The position numbers were made by a program, and so were the translations under genes. Source: an uncultured Candidatus Saccharibacteria bacterium (GTDB taxonomy: Bacteria; Patescibacteriota; Minisyncoccia; UBA6257; Colwellbacteraceae). Taken from it: 64,000 nt of DNA. Positions 25,893-36,671 of the stretch are shown here, one piece after another. Position 1 is the first letter of the stretch. Every line of letters starts with the position of its first letter. The stretch is from the NCBI GenBank assembly GCA_964643135.1, contig CAZXPC010000003.1, positions 6,152 to 70,151 of the forward strand, given 5' to 3'. The notes below the pieces were generated by a model, which saw only the letters and a program-made list of their open reading frames with translations, was not told the origin of the DNA and made no database searches.

Positions 25893-27704
25893 CTAACTCT
25901 TCAAAAGGGCGTAGAATTCTTCTTGTTCCAAAGTTTCTTTTTGGATCAAAATGTCGGCGATTTTCTTTAGAATCTTTTTCTTCCCGGCGATTATCTTAGC
26001 TGCTGTTTTGTAGGCGTCGTCCAAGAATTTCCTTACTTCTTCATCAATTTTTTGCGCCACTGATTCGGAGTAGCCGCGGTCGCTGCCGATTTCTTTGCCC
26101 AAGAAAATCGTATCGTGGCCATCTTTGAAGGTAATCGGGCCGAGTTTTTCGCTCATACCGTACTGAGTGACGAGCGCGCGGGCAATTTTTGAGGCGACTT
26201 GCAAATCGTTCGAGGCGCCGGTTGTGAGGTCGCTAAAAGTCATTTTCTCGGCCGCATAACCGCCCATGGCCACGGCGAGATCAGCTACAAATTGAGACTT
26301 GGTTTTTAATCTTTGATCCTCTAAGGGAAGTTTCAGCGTATAGCCGCCGGCTTGGCCGCGGGCGATGATTGAAACCTTATGAACCGGGTCGGAGTCTTTG
26401 AGTGTGGCGGCCACCAATGCGTGACCAGCCTCGTGATACGCCGTAATTTCCTTTTCTTTCTGTGAGACGATTCGACTCTTGCGGGCAGGCCCGAGCATTA
26501 CTTTTTCAATCGAGTCATAGATACTGTCCTGCGTAATTAGTTTGCGGTTCTGCTGAGCGGTTACGATCGCGGCTTCATTGAGCAAATTAGCTAGATCAGC
26601 GCCGGAGAAGCCCGGAGTTCGGGTGGCGATTTTTTTAAGATCAACATTGGTGTCGAGCGGCTTACCCTTGGCGTGGAGTTTCAAGATCAATTCCCGTTCG
26701 TTGATGTCCGGCAAGTCTAGGAAAACGCGGCGGTCGAAACGGCCGGGTCGGAGAAGCGCGCTGTCTAACACGTCCGGGCGGTTGGTCGCCGCCATCACGA
26801 TCACTTTGGTGTCGCGGTCGAAGCCATCCATTTCGACTAGGATCTGGTTTAGTGTTTGTTCGCGTTCATCGTGGCCGCCGCCTAATCCGGCGCCTCTTTC
26901 GCGGCCGATCGCGTCAATCTCGTCAATGAATATTATGGCCGGCGCGGCGCGCTTAGCGGTTTCAAAGAGGTCGCGCACGCGGCTCGCTCCCACACCCACA
27001 AACATTTCGACAAATTCCGAGGCTGACATGTGGAAAAATGGCACGTTAGCTTCGCCGGCCACAGCTCGGGCGAGCAAAGTTTTACCGGTACCCGGTGCGC
27101 CCATCATCAATACGCCGCGGGGAATTTTGGCGCCGATATCAAGATATTTTTTAGGGTTTTTCAAGAAATCAACGATTTCAACTAGTTCCTGTTTAGCCTC
27201 TTTCAAACCCGCGACGTCATTAAACGTGACGCGGTCTTTGTAGGGCAGGGTGCGTTTCACGTTAGCTTTGCCGAAGGTGAAAGCTTGGCTCATGCCGCCC
27301 TTGGCGCGGTTCATGGTGAACCAGAAAATCCCGGCGATGATAATGATTGGCAGAAGAGTCGGGATCAAGATGCCGGCCCAAAAATCAAAACCAGATTGGC
27401 CAACGACATCAAGCTCGACAGATGAGAGTTCTTCGGGCGTAACATTATAGTGGGTAAGCGTTTGGGTCAGACTTGATTCCGTTTCTTTAGTCGAGTTTAA
27501 CTGTGAGCCGTCTTTTAGGGTAATGGCCAGATCTTCGCCCGAAACGACAATTTTGGAAACCTGACCTGATTTAATTTTATTGGCGAGGTCAGCCAGGCTG
27601 ACGTTTTTTGATGATGCCCCGTAGCCGCCGAGGGCTGAAGTGAGAAGCGTGAGGCCGAAAAAGATTAAAATAATCCAGAAAATATTTTTATAGAGTTTTT
27701 TCAT
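25893..27704 (-). CDS. ftsH: ATP-dependent zinc metalloprotease FtsH
   Basis: Two TMs, [21 protein letters not shown]; ATG at 27704. Confidence 0.97.
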   Translation of the reverse strand: MKKLYKNIFWIILIFFGLTLLTSALGGYGASSKNVSLADLANKIKSGQVSKIVVSGEDLAITLKDGSQLNSTKETESSLTQTLTHYNVTPEELSSVELDVVGQSGFDFWAGILIPTLLPIIIIAGIFWFTMNRAKGGMSQAFTFGKANVKRTLPYKDRVTFNDVAGLKEAKQELVEIVDFLKNPKKYLDIGAKIPRGVLMMGAPGTGKTLLARAVAGEANVPFFHMSASEFVEMFVGVGASRVRDLFETAKRAAPAIIFIDEIDAIGRERGAGLGGGHDEREQTLNQILVEMDGFDRDTKVIVMAATNRPDVLDSALLRPGRFDRRVFLDLPDINERELILKLHAKGKPLDTNVDLKKIATRTPGFSGADLANLLNEAAIVTAQQNRKLITQDSIYDSIEKVMLGPARKSRIVSQKEKEITAYHEAGHALVAATLKDSDPVHKVSIIARGQAGGYTLKLPLEDQRLKTKSQFVADLAVAMGGYAAEKMTFSDLTTGASNDLQVASKIARALVTQYGMSEKLGPITFKDGHDTIFLGKEIGSDRGYSESVAQKIDEEVRKFLDDAYKTAAKIIAGKKKILKKIADILIQKETLEQEEFYALLKS

Positions 27705-27761
27705 GTTGGTGAAGAGATTATAGCAACATAAAGACGCTTCAGCAAAAAAGGTTTGCTCTAA

Positions 27762-28055
27762 CCTCACCTCCGAACTCGCTTCCGCCCCTCGGAACCAGGA
27801 TATTTTTTCTACTGAAAAAATTCCCTACCGCTCGGCTACCCGCCTCCGCAGTTTCCTCAGAGCGAAACCGAGTTCTCGGCTATGTAGAGGAAGACCCAAG
27901 CAGTAGGAAGAACATCCAAACTACTCTGAGGAGCCTCTCGCAGCCGTTCAATGCGGCGAGAATAAGAAAATCTAGCAAGATTTATCTGTGGTGACGAAGG
28001 GTAGTTTGGGGTTCTGACAAAGAAGGTTCCCGAAGAGGCTGTACTTGGAGAGCGA
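27762..28055. repeat. Dispersed structured repeat, locus B (two back-to-back units plus a fragment)
   Basis: Same stems and AGYA-loop hairpin as loci A, C and D. Confidence 0.85.
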
Positions 28056-28057
28056 TT

Positions 28058-29149
28058 CTATTTCTTCGGTGCCAGTTTCAAGACGATTCGCTTATCTTCC
28101 GGCTTAATTGAGTCGATTAGGAAGTCTTTCTGGTCGCCTACGGCTAAAGCTTTCTTCATTTCCTCAACGCCGCCGAATTCGGAGACGTGGATCAAGCCTA
28201 AGATGTCGTTGTCGAGTTTAACCAAAGCGCCGAAGGGGTTAAGTTTGTGAACGGTGCCTTTAACAACATCGGTAGCTTTGTATTTCTTACCGACATTTTC
28301 CCACGGGTCAGCCTGGAGAGCTTTTATTGAGAGCGAGACCTTGCCGTCTTTGATTTCAATGATCTTAGCTTTGATCATATCGCCGACTTTGACGACGTCT
28401 TTCGGGTTTTCGATTAAGCGGTGGTCGAGTTCAGATATGTGAACCAAGCCTTCGATTTCAGGGTTGTCGGCAAACTTGATGAAGGCACCGAAGTTGGCTA
28501 CGCCGCCGATAATGCCATCAACCACATCGCCAACCTTGTATTTAGCGAGCAATTCCTTAGCGTTTTCGTGGGTGATTTCGCGTTCAGAAACGATCAGCTT
28601 GTCGCCGCGAGGGTTGGCGGTGATAATTTTGACTGATAATTCTTGGCCGATGAATTTCTTCAATTCTTCGATCAGCTTGGCGCGATTATTTTCTAAGCCG
28701 CCCGGGTAGTGTTCGCTGGAGAGCTGCGAAGCGGGGAGGAAAGCTTGAATGCCCATGATGTCAGCGATGAGGCCGCCGGCGTTGGCGTTAGTAATTTTGA
28801 TCTTGATCGGCTCATCCTTGTCTTTGAGGTCTTTAATTTCACCCCAAGTCTTTTGCGCGCCGGCCTCGGCGAGCGACAACTCCACCCAGCCGTTTTCATT
28901 TTCCGGCATCACAACTTTGGCGTTCACGGTGTCGCCGATGGACATTTTTTTCAAAATCTCTTTGGCATTACCAACCTCAACTCCGTAGATTATGCCTAAA
29001 CCGATTTTCGGTATTTCGAAAAAGACGCCCTTGGGGGTTTTCTCGACGAGCTTGGCTTCAACCAAGTCGCCTGGTTTGAGGACCAAGACAGTCGACGGGT
29101 CAACTTTTAACATTTGTAACTGCGGCGACTCCTTTTTAACTATTTCCAT
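28058..29149 (-). CDS. rpsA: 30S ribosomal protein S1 (four S1 domains)
   Basis: AFLPASQL, FGAF...EGLVHISEL, GLIHVSE. Confidence 0.92.
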   Translation of the reverse strand: MEIVKKESPQLQMLKVDPSTVLVLKPGDLVEAKLVEKTPKGVFFEIPKIGLGIIYGVEVGNAKEILKKMSIGDTVNAKVVMPENENGWVELSLAEAGAQKTWGEIKDLKDKDEPIKIKITNANAGGLIADIMGIQAFLPASQLSSEHYPGGLENNRAKLIEELKKFIGQELSVKIITANPRGDKLIVSEREITHENAKELLAKYKVGDVVDGIIGGVANFGAFIKFADNPEIEGLVHISELDHRLIENPKDVVKVGDMIKAKIIEIKDGKVSLSIKALQADPWENVGKKYKATDVVKGTVHKLNPFGALVKLDNDILGLIHVSEFGGVEEMKKALAVGDQKDFLIDSIKPEDKRIVLKLAPKK

Positions 29150-29337
29150 ATAAAAAATAAAAACGAACAGATTGGTTTATAATTGGCCAGTTTCAGAGTG
29201 TCTGTCTGCACGCTGGGGCCAGGGTTGCACGCCATTAGGCTTGCGAACTTAGCTATAGACTATCTTAAAGATGTTTCAATGGCAATAGACTTGACAGAAG
29301 TAGTCGTATATATTAGTCTCCATCTTGGAGAAATAGC

Positions 29338-29862
29338 ATGCCAAGTCCTAAGCCAACACGGGTACAACTCATCGTTGGAGTTCGCGAGGGTCGAGGCCGA
29401 GACACGGCATTCATCGGGGAACGACCCATTGGGGATCCTTGGCCAGGCGGCAATCGGATCCTGGTCAGCTGCTTACTCAGGGGTGACGACGACAAGAGTC
29501 TGCAGGAAGCCCTCTGGGAGGGGGTTGAGCAACAGCTCGGGAGAAAAGAAGCATACTTTCTCCGCGAGATCGCCGGCCGCGCCATCTTCGAAGTAGGTGG
29601 TTCATCGGGTGAGGAGGAAGTGATGAACTTTGGCCTCTGGCTCGACGAACATGAAAGCGAAGTGTTCGAAGGGGTCTGCGAACGAGACAATCGCTCTCTG
29701 CGTTTGATCGACGAAAGGGACATCGAGCACGCGCTGAACCTCCTCAACTTCGGCAAAGAGAAGGGGGTCTCGAGCGACGAAACTCGAGATGATATCTCCC
29801 TTCTTCCCGATGACAAGGAGGCTCTCTTGAGCTTCTTCGATACCGAGCCGATCGATCCATGA
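29338..29862 (+). CDS. 174-aa acidic orphan protein, GC-rich cassette
   Basis: TTGACA(29291-29296)-17-TAGTCT promoter, GGAG 7 nt upstream, C/G-ending codons. Confidence 0.72.
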   Translation: MPSPKPTRVQLIVGVREGRGRDTAFIGERPIGDPWPGGNRILVSCLLRGDDDKSLQEALWEGVEQQLGRKEAYFLREIAGRAIFEVGGSSGEEEVMNFGLWLDEHESEVFEGVCERDNRSLRLIDERDIEHALNLLNFGKEKGVSSDETRDDISLLPDDKEALLSFFDTEPIDP

Positions 29863-29988
29863 AGTCGCAACCCCAATAGTCCCTCGATTCTCGCGAGTGT
29901 TCGTTGCCAAACGGATTGCTTGCGAGATTTTTTATTCAAAAAAGCGATTGATTTTGCTGCTTTTTTAATATAGTATTATCCCTACTAA

Positions 29989-30555
29989 ATGATTATTACT
30001 GTTTCGGGCAATAAGGGTGTTCGATGCCAGGTTTCTGACTCTGTTTTGGCGGTTGATCCTGAGAAGGGCGCTCGCGCGGGCTCCGATATTTTGGTTTTGA
30101 GAACATCGAAGGAAACTCCGATTGAGGCGATGGACACAGCCGAAATTATCGGGGCTGGCGAGTATGAAATCAGCGGCATTAAGGTTAACGGCGTCCAGCT
30201 CGACAAAGAATCTAACGCCAAAAAAATCCGCACGGCTTACTTAGTTGTGATGGACGAAATCAAACTCGCTTTTTTGGGAGATTCTTTGAACGCCGACTTT
30301 AGTGAAGAAGTTCTGGACGCGCTGGGCGACGCCGATATTTTGTTTGTGCCGGAAGCTAACAAAGACTTCGATGTTAAAAAAATTGCACACATGATTAAGC
30401 AGATCGAACCGCATGTGATAATTCCCTTGAACGACAAGGCAGCCCTGGAATTAGCGAAAGAAATCGGCCAAAAACCTGAAAAAATGGAGAAATTGGTGAT
30501 CAAGAAAAAAGAATTGCTCGAAATGAATTCCAAGCTCATTGTCATAAATTCATAA
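29989..30555 (+). CDS. Metallo-beta-lactamase-fold protein (degenerate)
   Basis: GEYEISGI.V.G, AFLGD, DILFVP, IEP.VIIP; lacks HxHxDH. Confidence 0.75.
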   Translation: MIITVSGNKGVRCQVSDSVLAVDPEKGARAGSDILVLRTSKETPIEAMDTAEIIGAGEYEISGIKVNGVQLDKESNAKKIRTAYLVVMDEIKLAFLGDSLNADFSEEVLDALGDADILFVPEANKDFDVKKIAHMIKQIEPHVIIPLNDKAALELAKEIGQKPEKMEKLVIKKKELLEMNSKLIVINS

Positions 30556-30558
30556 AGT

Positions 30559-33072
30559 ATGGCCAAACAAAAAGACGAAAAACCGAACAAGAACGAAGGA
30601 GAGCCCAAAGAACAAAAGCCTGTTGGCCAAGTTCGGAGCCGCGAAATCACGACTGAGCTGCGCGAATCATATTTGGATTATGCGATGTCGGTTATTGTCG
30701 GCCGCGCACTGCCAGACGCGCGCGACGGCCTGAAGCCGGTTCACCGCCGAATTTTGTGGGCGATGTGGGACAGCGGTCTTACTTCGACTGCGAAATTGCG
30801 AAAGTCGGCCAACGTGGTGGGTGACGTTTTGGGCCGCTATCATCCGCACGGCGACCAGTCGGTTTATGACGCGATGGTCCGCATGGCGCAAGACTTTTCG
30901 CTTCGGTACCCGCTTATTGCCGGCCAGGGTAACTGGGGTTCGATTGACGGCGACAACGCGGCGGCAATGCGTTATACCGAATCGAAAATGTCGAAGATTG
31001 CCGAAGAAATGCTTACTGATATTGACAGGGACACGGTGGATTTCATTCCCAACTACGACGCTTCGCGAAACGAGCCGTCAGTTTTGCCCGCTAAAATTCC
31101 GAACCTGCTTTTGAACGGCTCGGACGGCATTGCGGTTGGCATGGCCACCAAAATTCCGCCGCACAACTTGGGTGAATTGGTAGACGCGACAGTTAAGTTG
31201 ATCGATGACCCGGAAGCGACTTCCGAAGATTTAATGGAGCATATCCAGGGCCCCGATTTCCCGACGGGCGGAATTATGTATAACAAAAAAGCGATTACCG
31301 AAGCCTACGTAGCGGGCCGGGGCAGCATTACCGTACGCGCGGCGAGCGAAATTTCGGAAAAACGCATCGTAATCACCGAAATTCCTTACCAGGTTAATAA
31401 ATCGGAATTGATTGTTAAAATTGCCGACTTGGTCCGCGACAAAAAGATCGAGGGCATTAAAGATTTGCGCGACGAATCCGACCGCGAGGGCTTGCGAATC
31501 GTGGTTGATATGAAAAACGACGCCGTGCCGCAGAAAATCTTGAACCAGCTTTTTAACCAGACTGATTTACAGAAAGATTTCCACATGAACATGCTCGCTT
31601 TGCGGGACGGGATTAACCCAGACGTTTTGTCGATCAAAGATTTCTTGTCGGTTTTTATCAGTCACCGGCAGAATATTGTGCGGCGCCGTGCCGAATTTGA
31701 CCTCAAGAAAGCCAAAGAGCGCGAACATATTTTGGAAGGGTTGGTGACCGCTCTGGATGCGATCGACCGAATCATTGCGACGATTAAAAAGTCAGCCGAC
31801 AAGGAGGAGGCTCACAAAAACTTGATGAAAAGTTTCAAGCTGTCTGATTTGCAGGCGACCGCCATTTTAGAAATGAGGCTGCAAGCTTTGGCGGCCTTGG
31901 AGCGGGAGAAAATCGAAGATGAATTGGCCGAGAAGCGAAAGATTATCGCCGAACTAACCGCCCTTCTTAAGAGTGCGGCCAAAATTTTAAAAGTTATTAA
32001 AGACGAGCTCACGGAAGTTAAAACAAAATACGGCGATCCGCGCCGGACTAAGCTCGTGGCGGGCGGGTTGAAGGAATTTAAGGCTGAAGACTTGGTGCCT
32101 CAGGAAGAGACGATTATCACCATGTCGGCTGACGGCTATATCAAACGTTTGCCGCCCAACACTTTTAAAGTCCAGAAGCGCGGCGGGAGCGGCATTATCG
32201 GCACCGATGTCGATGAAGCTGATGCCCTGGCCTATTTCTTGCGCGCCAAAACCCACGACAACATACTATTTTTCACCGACAAAGGAATTGTGTTCCAAAC
32301 CAAAGTTTATGAAATTCCGGTTGGTTCCAGAGTTTCTAAGGGTAAATCTATTCATGGGTTCTTGGAGATCCCGGCTGATTCGAAAGTGAGCGCGATTGTG
32401 ACTTATGAAACTGCCAAAGCCGGGAAAGACAGCAGTGTTCCCAAGGATGCTAATGCGGCGCTGGCAATGGTGACCTCCGAAGGAGTGATCAAGAAAACCA
32501 AGCTGGGAGATTTTACTAATGTTCGCCGCACCGGCATTATCGGCATTAAGTTAAGAGCCGGCGACGCGCTCAAGTGGGTTAAATTGGTTAAACCAAAAGA
32601 TGAGATCATTCTAGCGACTCGGTTCGGCCAGTCGATTCACTTTAAAGAATCAGACGCGCGAGAAATGGGTCGGGCAGCTTCCGGAGTGCGTGCCATCAAC
32701 TTAAAGAAGGGCGACCACGTGAGCTCGTTTGATGTGATCCAAGCTGGTGAAAAAGCGAATCTACTCGTCGTTATGGAAAATGGTTTTGCTAAACAGACTA
32801 AGCTTTCAGAATACAAAGTCCAGAACCGAGGGGGCAGTGGCATTTCGACGGCTAAAATTACCGACAAGACTGGTAAGCTGGTATCATCGCACGTTATTAC
32901 CGATCAAACCGAAATGATTGCGATCTCAGTGAAAGGCCAAATTATCAGAACCGAAATTAAGAGTGTTCGCCAAACCGGCCGATCGGCCCAAGGAGTGCGC
33001 ATCATGCGCCTCAAGCCCGGCGACAAGGTGGCCGCCACGGTTTGCTTAGCTAAGACTGACACGAAGGAATAG
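30559..33072 (+). CDS. gyrA: DNA gyrase subunit A
   Basis: [23 protein letters not shown], GyrA-box QKRGG, beta-pinwheel CTD. Confidence 0.98.
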   Translation: MAKQKDEKPNKNEGEPKEQKPVGQVRSREITTELRESYLDYAMSVIVGRALPDARDGLKPVHRRILWAMWDSGLTSTAKLRKSANVVGDVLGRYHPHGDQSVYDAMVRMAQDFSLRYPLIAGQGNWGSIDGDNAAAMRYTESKMSKIAEEMLTDIDRDTVDFIPNYDASRNEPSVLPAKIPNLLLNGSDGIAVGMATKIPPHNLGELVDATVKLIDDPEATSEDLMEHIQGPDFPTGGIMYNKKAITEAYVAGRGSITVRAASEISEKRIVITEIPYQVNKSELIVKIADLVRDKKIEGIKDLRDESDREGLRIVVDMKNDAVPQKILNQLFNQTDLQKDFHMNMLALRDGINPDVLSIKDFLSVFISHRQNIVRRRAEFDLKKAKEREHILEGLVTALDAIDRIIATIKKSADKEEAHKNLMKSFKLSDLQATAILEMRLQALAALEREKIEDELAEKRKIIAELTALLKSAAKILKVIKDELTEVKTKYGDPRRTKLVAGGLKEFKAEDLVPQEETIITMSADGYIKRLPPNTFKVQKRGGSGIIGTDVDEADALAYFLRAKTHDNILFFTDKGIVFQTKVYEIPVGSRVSKGKSIHGFLEIPADSKVSAIVTYETAKAGKDSSVPKDANAALAMVTSEGVIKKTKLGDFTNVRRTGIIGIKLRAGDALKWVKLVKPKDEIILATRFGQSIHFKESDAREMGRAASGVRAINLKKGDHVSSFDVIQAGEKANLLVVMENGFAKQTKLSEYKVQNRGGSGISTAKITDKTGKLVSSHVITDQTEMIAISVKGQIIRTEIKSVRQTGRSAQGVRIMRLKPGDKVAATVCLAKTDTKE

Positions 33073-33373
33073 CCGCCGCCTCCAACCACAGCCTCTTCGG
33101 GTAACATAATAAATCTGCTGAACCTCGCCCTACCCTCATCCCATTCCGGGAAACACAATAATTTCTTGCTAGAAATTTTGTTTTTGCTCACCCGTCTTCA
33201 CGGGCTTGCGCAGATTCCCTTCATGGAACAAGGTCGGGCTTATCTATATAGCCAGAAGAAATCCAATCTATCCTGATGGGATTCGCGGAGCCGTGTAGGC
33301 GAGCGGATACAAAATCCCTAGCAAGGGATTTATGTTGTTCCCTGAAGGGTAGATTGGATTTCGGAGGCGGGAT
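33073..33373. repeat. Dispersed structured repeat, locus C (half unit plus two back-to-back units)
   Basis: 33121-33243 is nearly the reverse complement of 5823-5944; 33256-33372 is similar to the reverse complement of 49192-49305. Confidence 0.9.
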
Positions 33374-33411
33374 TGTTTTCTGTCATCACAAAATACGATA
33401 TACTGAATACT

Positions 33412-34701
33412 ATGCAAATGACCAAACCTCAAATCGCTATCGTTGGCACAGTTGCGGCGATCTTCCTTCTTCTCGGCTTAGCTTTGATTTTCGGACGCAA
33501 AAGCGGTCCGGTTGCGCCTCCGCCTAAAACTCAAATTAATTTCTGGGGTTTTAAAGCCGATGAAAGCGCCTGGAAAAATGTCATTGATGCTTATTCAGCA
33601 GCCAATCCCACTGTTAATGTGACCTTAACCTCGGTTGACCCCGCTAATTACGAAGCGACCTTGATCGACAGCCTGGCCGCCGGAACGGGCCCCGACGTTT
33701 TTATGTTCTACTATGACTGGCTCACCAAGCACAAAAATAAAATTTTGCCGGCCCCAGCCACCATTACGCCGGATATGATCAGCAATCTTTTCCCCAAGGC
33801 GGTGGCTGAAGATTTTGTCTCCGACAGCCAAGTTTATGCCCTGCCGGTTTCTATAAACACACTCGCGCTGGCGTATAACCGCGATTATTTTGATGCTAAG
33901 GGAGTGCCTAATCCGCCCGCGAGTTGGGAAGACATAAAAAGCATGATTCCGAAACTTCGCGAATTAAATAACGGCAAAATTGTGAAGTCGGCCATTTCGA
34001 TTGGCGGAAGCGAGGACGGCCAGGGTCACATAAAAAACGCCGACGATATCCTAACTCTGATGTTGCTGCAAAACGGCGTTAATATCTTGGGCAATCCGCA
34101 GAACGGCGGCGGCATCGAGTCCCAGCCGGGGATCGATACGCTGAATTCATATTTAGATTTCTCGAATCCCTCATCAAAGAATTTCGCTTTCTATAGCGGC
34201 ACGACCGAAAATTCGCTTGACGCTTTTGCGAACGGCGACACGGCTATGGTTTTCGTTTACCCGCAGGATTTGCAGTATATCAAGTCTAAAAATCCGGTAC
34301 TGAACTATAAGGTCGTTCCGATGCTGCAATTGAATCCGAATAAGGCAGTTAATTTGACCGATTATTGGGGGCTAGCTGTTTCAAATCGAACCGCCAGCCA
34401 TGCTTCGGCCTGGAGTTTTATTTCCTTTGCCGCCATGAATGAGGCGATGGCTAAAACTTACGCTTCAACGTCGCAAAATCAGCCGGCTTTGCGGTCGGTT
34501 ATCGCGAGTTTCAACCCGGATCCGATTTTGGGCGTATTTGCGCCGCAGGCCCTGAACGCGGTGAGCTTCCCGAAAAATAACCGCGACGGTTTTCGCGCCA
34601 TTATCGACAATATGATAGAATCATCTTTGAAGGATCGCTCTAACGTTGCCGCCGCAGCCGCTACGGCTGATGCAGGGCTGAAGAGCGCGATTCAAAAATA
34701 G
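33412..34701 (+). CDS. Extracellular solute-binding protein (sugar ABC-type, SBP_bac_1-like)
   Basis: TM anchor, LAAGTGPDVF, YALP...LAYNRD, PPASWED, FANGDTAM. Confidence 0.88.
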   Translation: MQMTKPQIAIVGTVAAIFLLLGLALIFGRKSGPVAPPPKTQINFWGFKADESAWKNVIDAYSAANPTVNVTLTSVDPANYEATLIDSLAAGTGPDVFMFYYDWLTKHKNKILPAPATITPDMISNLFPKAVAEDFVSDSQVYALPVSINTLALAYNRDYFDAKGVPNPPASWEDIKSMIPKLRELNNGKIVKSAISIGGSEDGQGHIKNADDILTLMLLQNGVNILGNPQNGGGIESQPGIDTLNSYLDFSNPSSKNFAFYSGTTENSLDAFANGDTAMVFVYPQDLQYIKSKNPVLNYKVVPMLQLNPNKAVNLTDYWGLAVSNRTASHASAWSFISFAAMNEAMAKTYASTSQNQPALRSVIASFNPDPILGVFAPQALNAVSFPKNNRDGFRAIIDNMIESSLKDRSNVAAAAATADAGLKSAIQK

Positions 34702-34702
34702 A

Positions 34703-35119
34703 GTGATGTTAAACTTTCTAATCAATATTGCTCACGCTTTTGATCAGCCCACCGGGAGCATAGTTACTTGCGGCCCGGCTGATGCGTCGGGTCATTATCC
34801 CAACGGCAATTACACCGGGCCTTGTGACGCCGGTGCTTTTTGGGGGCTCGTTAATACACTTATAAATTACGCAATTTGGATCGGTATTGTGGCGGTTGGC
34901 TTGTCGGTAGTATTCGCCGGGGTGATGTTTTTGACTTCCGCCGGCTCGGGCGAGAAGACCAGCGCTGGGAAACGCGCCGTAACAGCCGCGGTTGTCGGCC
35001 TAGTTATAACTTTGACCGCTTGGATAATTGTTAATACAATTATATCGTTCCTGTTGCCGAACTGTACTGGGCATTGGAATATATTCAATAATGGGACCAG
35101 CAGCCTAACATGCTCTTAA
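34703..35119 (+). CDS. VirB2/TrbC-like pilin
   Basis: AHA signal end, two TM helices with AG...TSAG...K..AVVG motif. Confidence 0.8.
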   Translation: MMLNFLINIAHAFDQPTGSIVTCGPADASGHYPNGNYTGPCDAGAFWGLVNTLINYAIWIGIVAVGLSVVFAGVMFLTSAGSGEKTSAGKRAVTAAVVGLVITLTAWIIVNTIISFLLPNCTGHWNIFNNGTSSLTCS

Positions 35120-35541
35120 AATTAATAAATAAAACTAGATATCTTTGGCTGGTCTTAGTCGGCTGGGCAGTCCTGCCGGCAGCCTTGGCCGCGGGGACAA
35201 CTTTTTGCGACCCCATCGCGGGCTGCAACGGAACTTCCACGACTATTCCGGATCTTTTAGTCAAGATGGCCAGCTACCTGACTATTCTGGCTATTCCGGT
35301 TTTGGCGATCATGATTTTGTACGGAGCTTTTACCATCATGACTTCCGAAGGCAACAGCGAGCATTATAAAAAGGGGCAGAGGATTATTGTTTACGCTATC
35401 GTTGGTTTCGTGATCATCGCGATCGGCGGCGGAATAGGATATATCATTAATGATATTTTGACCGGCGGGCCGGCGGCTAACCCTTGCAGCCAATTCGTAG
35501 TCGGATCGCCGCAATATAATAGCTGCATAGTGGCTCATTAA
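35110..35541 (+). CDS. VirB2/TrbC-like pilin
   Basis: ALA signal end, YGAF..MTSEG...K..IVYAIVG. Confidence 0.8.
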   Translation: MLLKLINKTRYLWLVLVGWAVLPAALAAGTTFCDPIAGCNGTSTTIPDLLVKMASYLTILAIPVLAIMILYGAFTIMTSEGNSEHYKKGQRIIVYAIVGFVIIAIGGGIGYIINDILTGGPAANPCSQFVVGSPQYNSCIVAH

Positions 35542-35559
35542 GGAATCAAAGCTAAACTT

Positions 35560-35925
35560 ATGAAAAAATATTTAATTATTCTGAGTCTGCTGGCCGCACT
35601 TCTGATTGGTTTCGCCCCCAGCGCCCTAGCGGCTGACTGCGAGTATCCGGCGACCCAGGTTATTAACGGACAAACGGTGCCGTGTCCCATCAGGCATCTT
35701 TCTGGCTTCGTAGATTTTCTGACCACTATTTTCAATATCTTTTTCGCGCTAATGATTATTGCCGCCTCTTTCACTTTTGTTTATGCGGCCTTTCTCTACA
35801 TCACTTCCGAAGGCATGATGGAAGAAATCAGGAAGGTTAAAAGAATGCTGATCTACGCTATGATCGCCCTCGTTATTGCCGTTTTCGCCTGGGGGTTGCC
35901 GAGAGTTATTATAAGCTTTCTCTAG
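35560..35925 (+). CDS. VirB2/TrbC-like pilin
   Basis: APSALAA signal, AAFLYITSEG...LIYAMIAL. Confidence 0.8.
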   Translation: MKKYLIILSLLAALLIGFAPSALAADCEYPATQVINGQTVPCPIRHLSGFVDFLTTIFNIFFALMIIAASFTFVYAAFLYITSEGMMEEIRKVKRMLIYAMIALVIAVFAWGLPRVIISFL

Positions 35926-36050
35926 GTTGTCCTATATCTATTTCTTTACGGCCCAAGTGACTTATGCTAATATTTCAAGCAATGGAAAGGTCGAGTTTTA
36001 AAGATTATTTATCCGGACTTTTTAGATTAAAACAGATTAAAAAAGATAAA

Positions 36051-36413
36051 ATGAAGAAATTAATACTTTTGTCAGTTTTAGTGTTGGGACTTTTGGCGGT
36101 TGCGGCTGCACCTAGCGCTTTGGCGGCGGTTGGCTGTCCTTTGCCTCCTTGCGGTTCTGACGTCAGCCCTACGACTGGACCAGCTTTTACCGACTTGATC
36201 CAGACTATTTTTAACGTAGTTTTCGGCATCTTGGTAATAGTGGCAGCATTCTTTTTGCTTTTTGCAGCTTTTGAATACATCACTGCTCAGGGCGAACAGG
36301 AGAAAATCCACAAGGCTAAGAACACAATTGTCTACGCGATTGTCGCTCTAGTTGTGGCTATTCTAGCCTGGGGTCTTCCGAGAGTTGTGCTCAGCTTCTT
36401 CGGCGTTCACTAA
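36051..36413 (+). CDS. VirB2/TrbC-like pilin
   Basis: Paralogue of the previous gene (APSALAA; AWGLPRV); ATG at 36051. Confidence 0.8.
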   Translation: MKKLILLSVLVLGLLAVAAAPSALAAVGCPLPPCGSDVSPTTGPAFTDLIQTIFNVVFGILVIVAAFFLLFAAFEYITAQGEQEKIHKAKNTIVYAIVALVVAILAWGLPRVVLSFFGVH

Positions 36414-36434
36414 TATATCAGCGAAAGTTTCAGA

Positions 36435-36461
36435 AAACTCCCCGAGATTCGGGGAGTTTTT
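36435..36461 (+). terminator. Intrinsic terminator after the pilin cluster
   Basis: AAAACTCCCCGA-GAT-TCGGGGAGTTTTT. Confidence 0.82.
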
Positions 36462-36637
36462 GGTTGCTTTGTAGGGCCATATGTGTAAAGCAGAGGCGCC
36501 AAAGCTGTATGGCATATTTTATTTACGATCGTGAACATAGTGTATCTTCTCGAGTTTCTGGCTAATTTATTTTGAGCGGCTGTTTTTCACTGCAGATTCC
36601 TTGCCTGCCGGTTCTTCATTTTCTATTTACTATATTT

Positions 36638-36671
36638 ATATATTATCTTCACGATCGTGAAGATAATATAT
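36638..36671. promoter_or_regulatory. 34-bp perfect palindrome (operator-like), related copies at 36522-36535 and 37270-37283
   Basis: ATATATTATCTTCACGA|TCGTGAAGATAATATAT. Confidence 0.8.

Noticed and set aside
27920-27990. Hammerhead ribozyme (CTGAGGA...GAAA) in the repeat units
   Set aside because: About 15 extra nt separate the would-be cleavage site from stem I, and other units have CTGATGGG/ATGAAGGG/ACAGGG and lack GAAA, so the catalytic core is not conserved
29183-29939. Overlapping ORFs 29183-29596, 29313-29939 and 29602-29910
   Set aside because: Shadows of the GC-rich 29338-29862 gene, which has the promoter and SD
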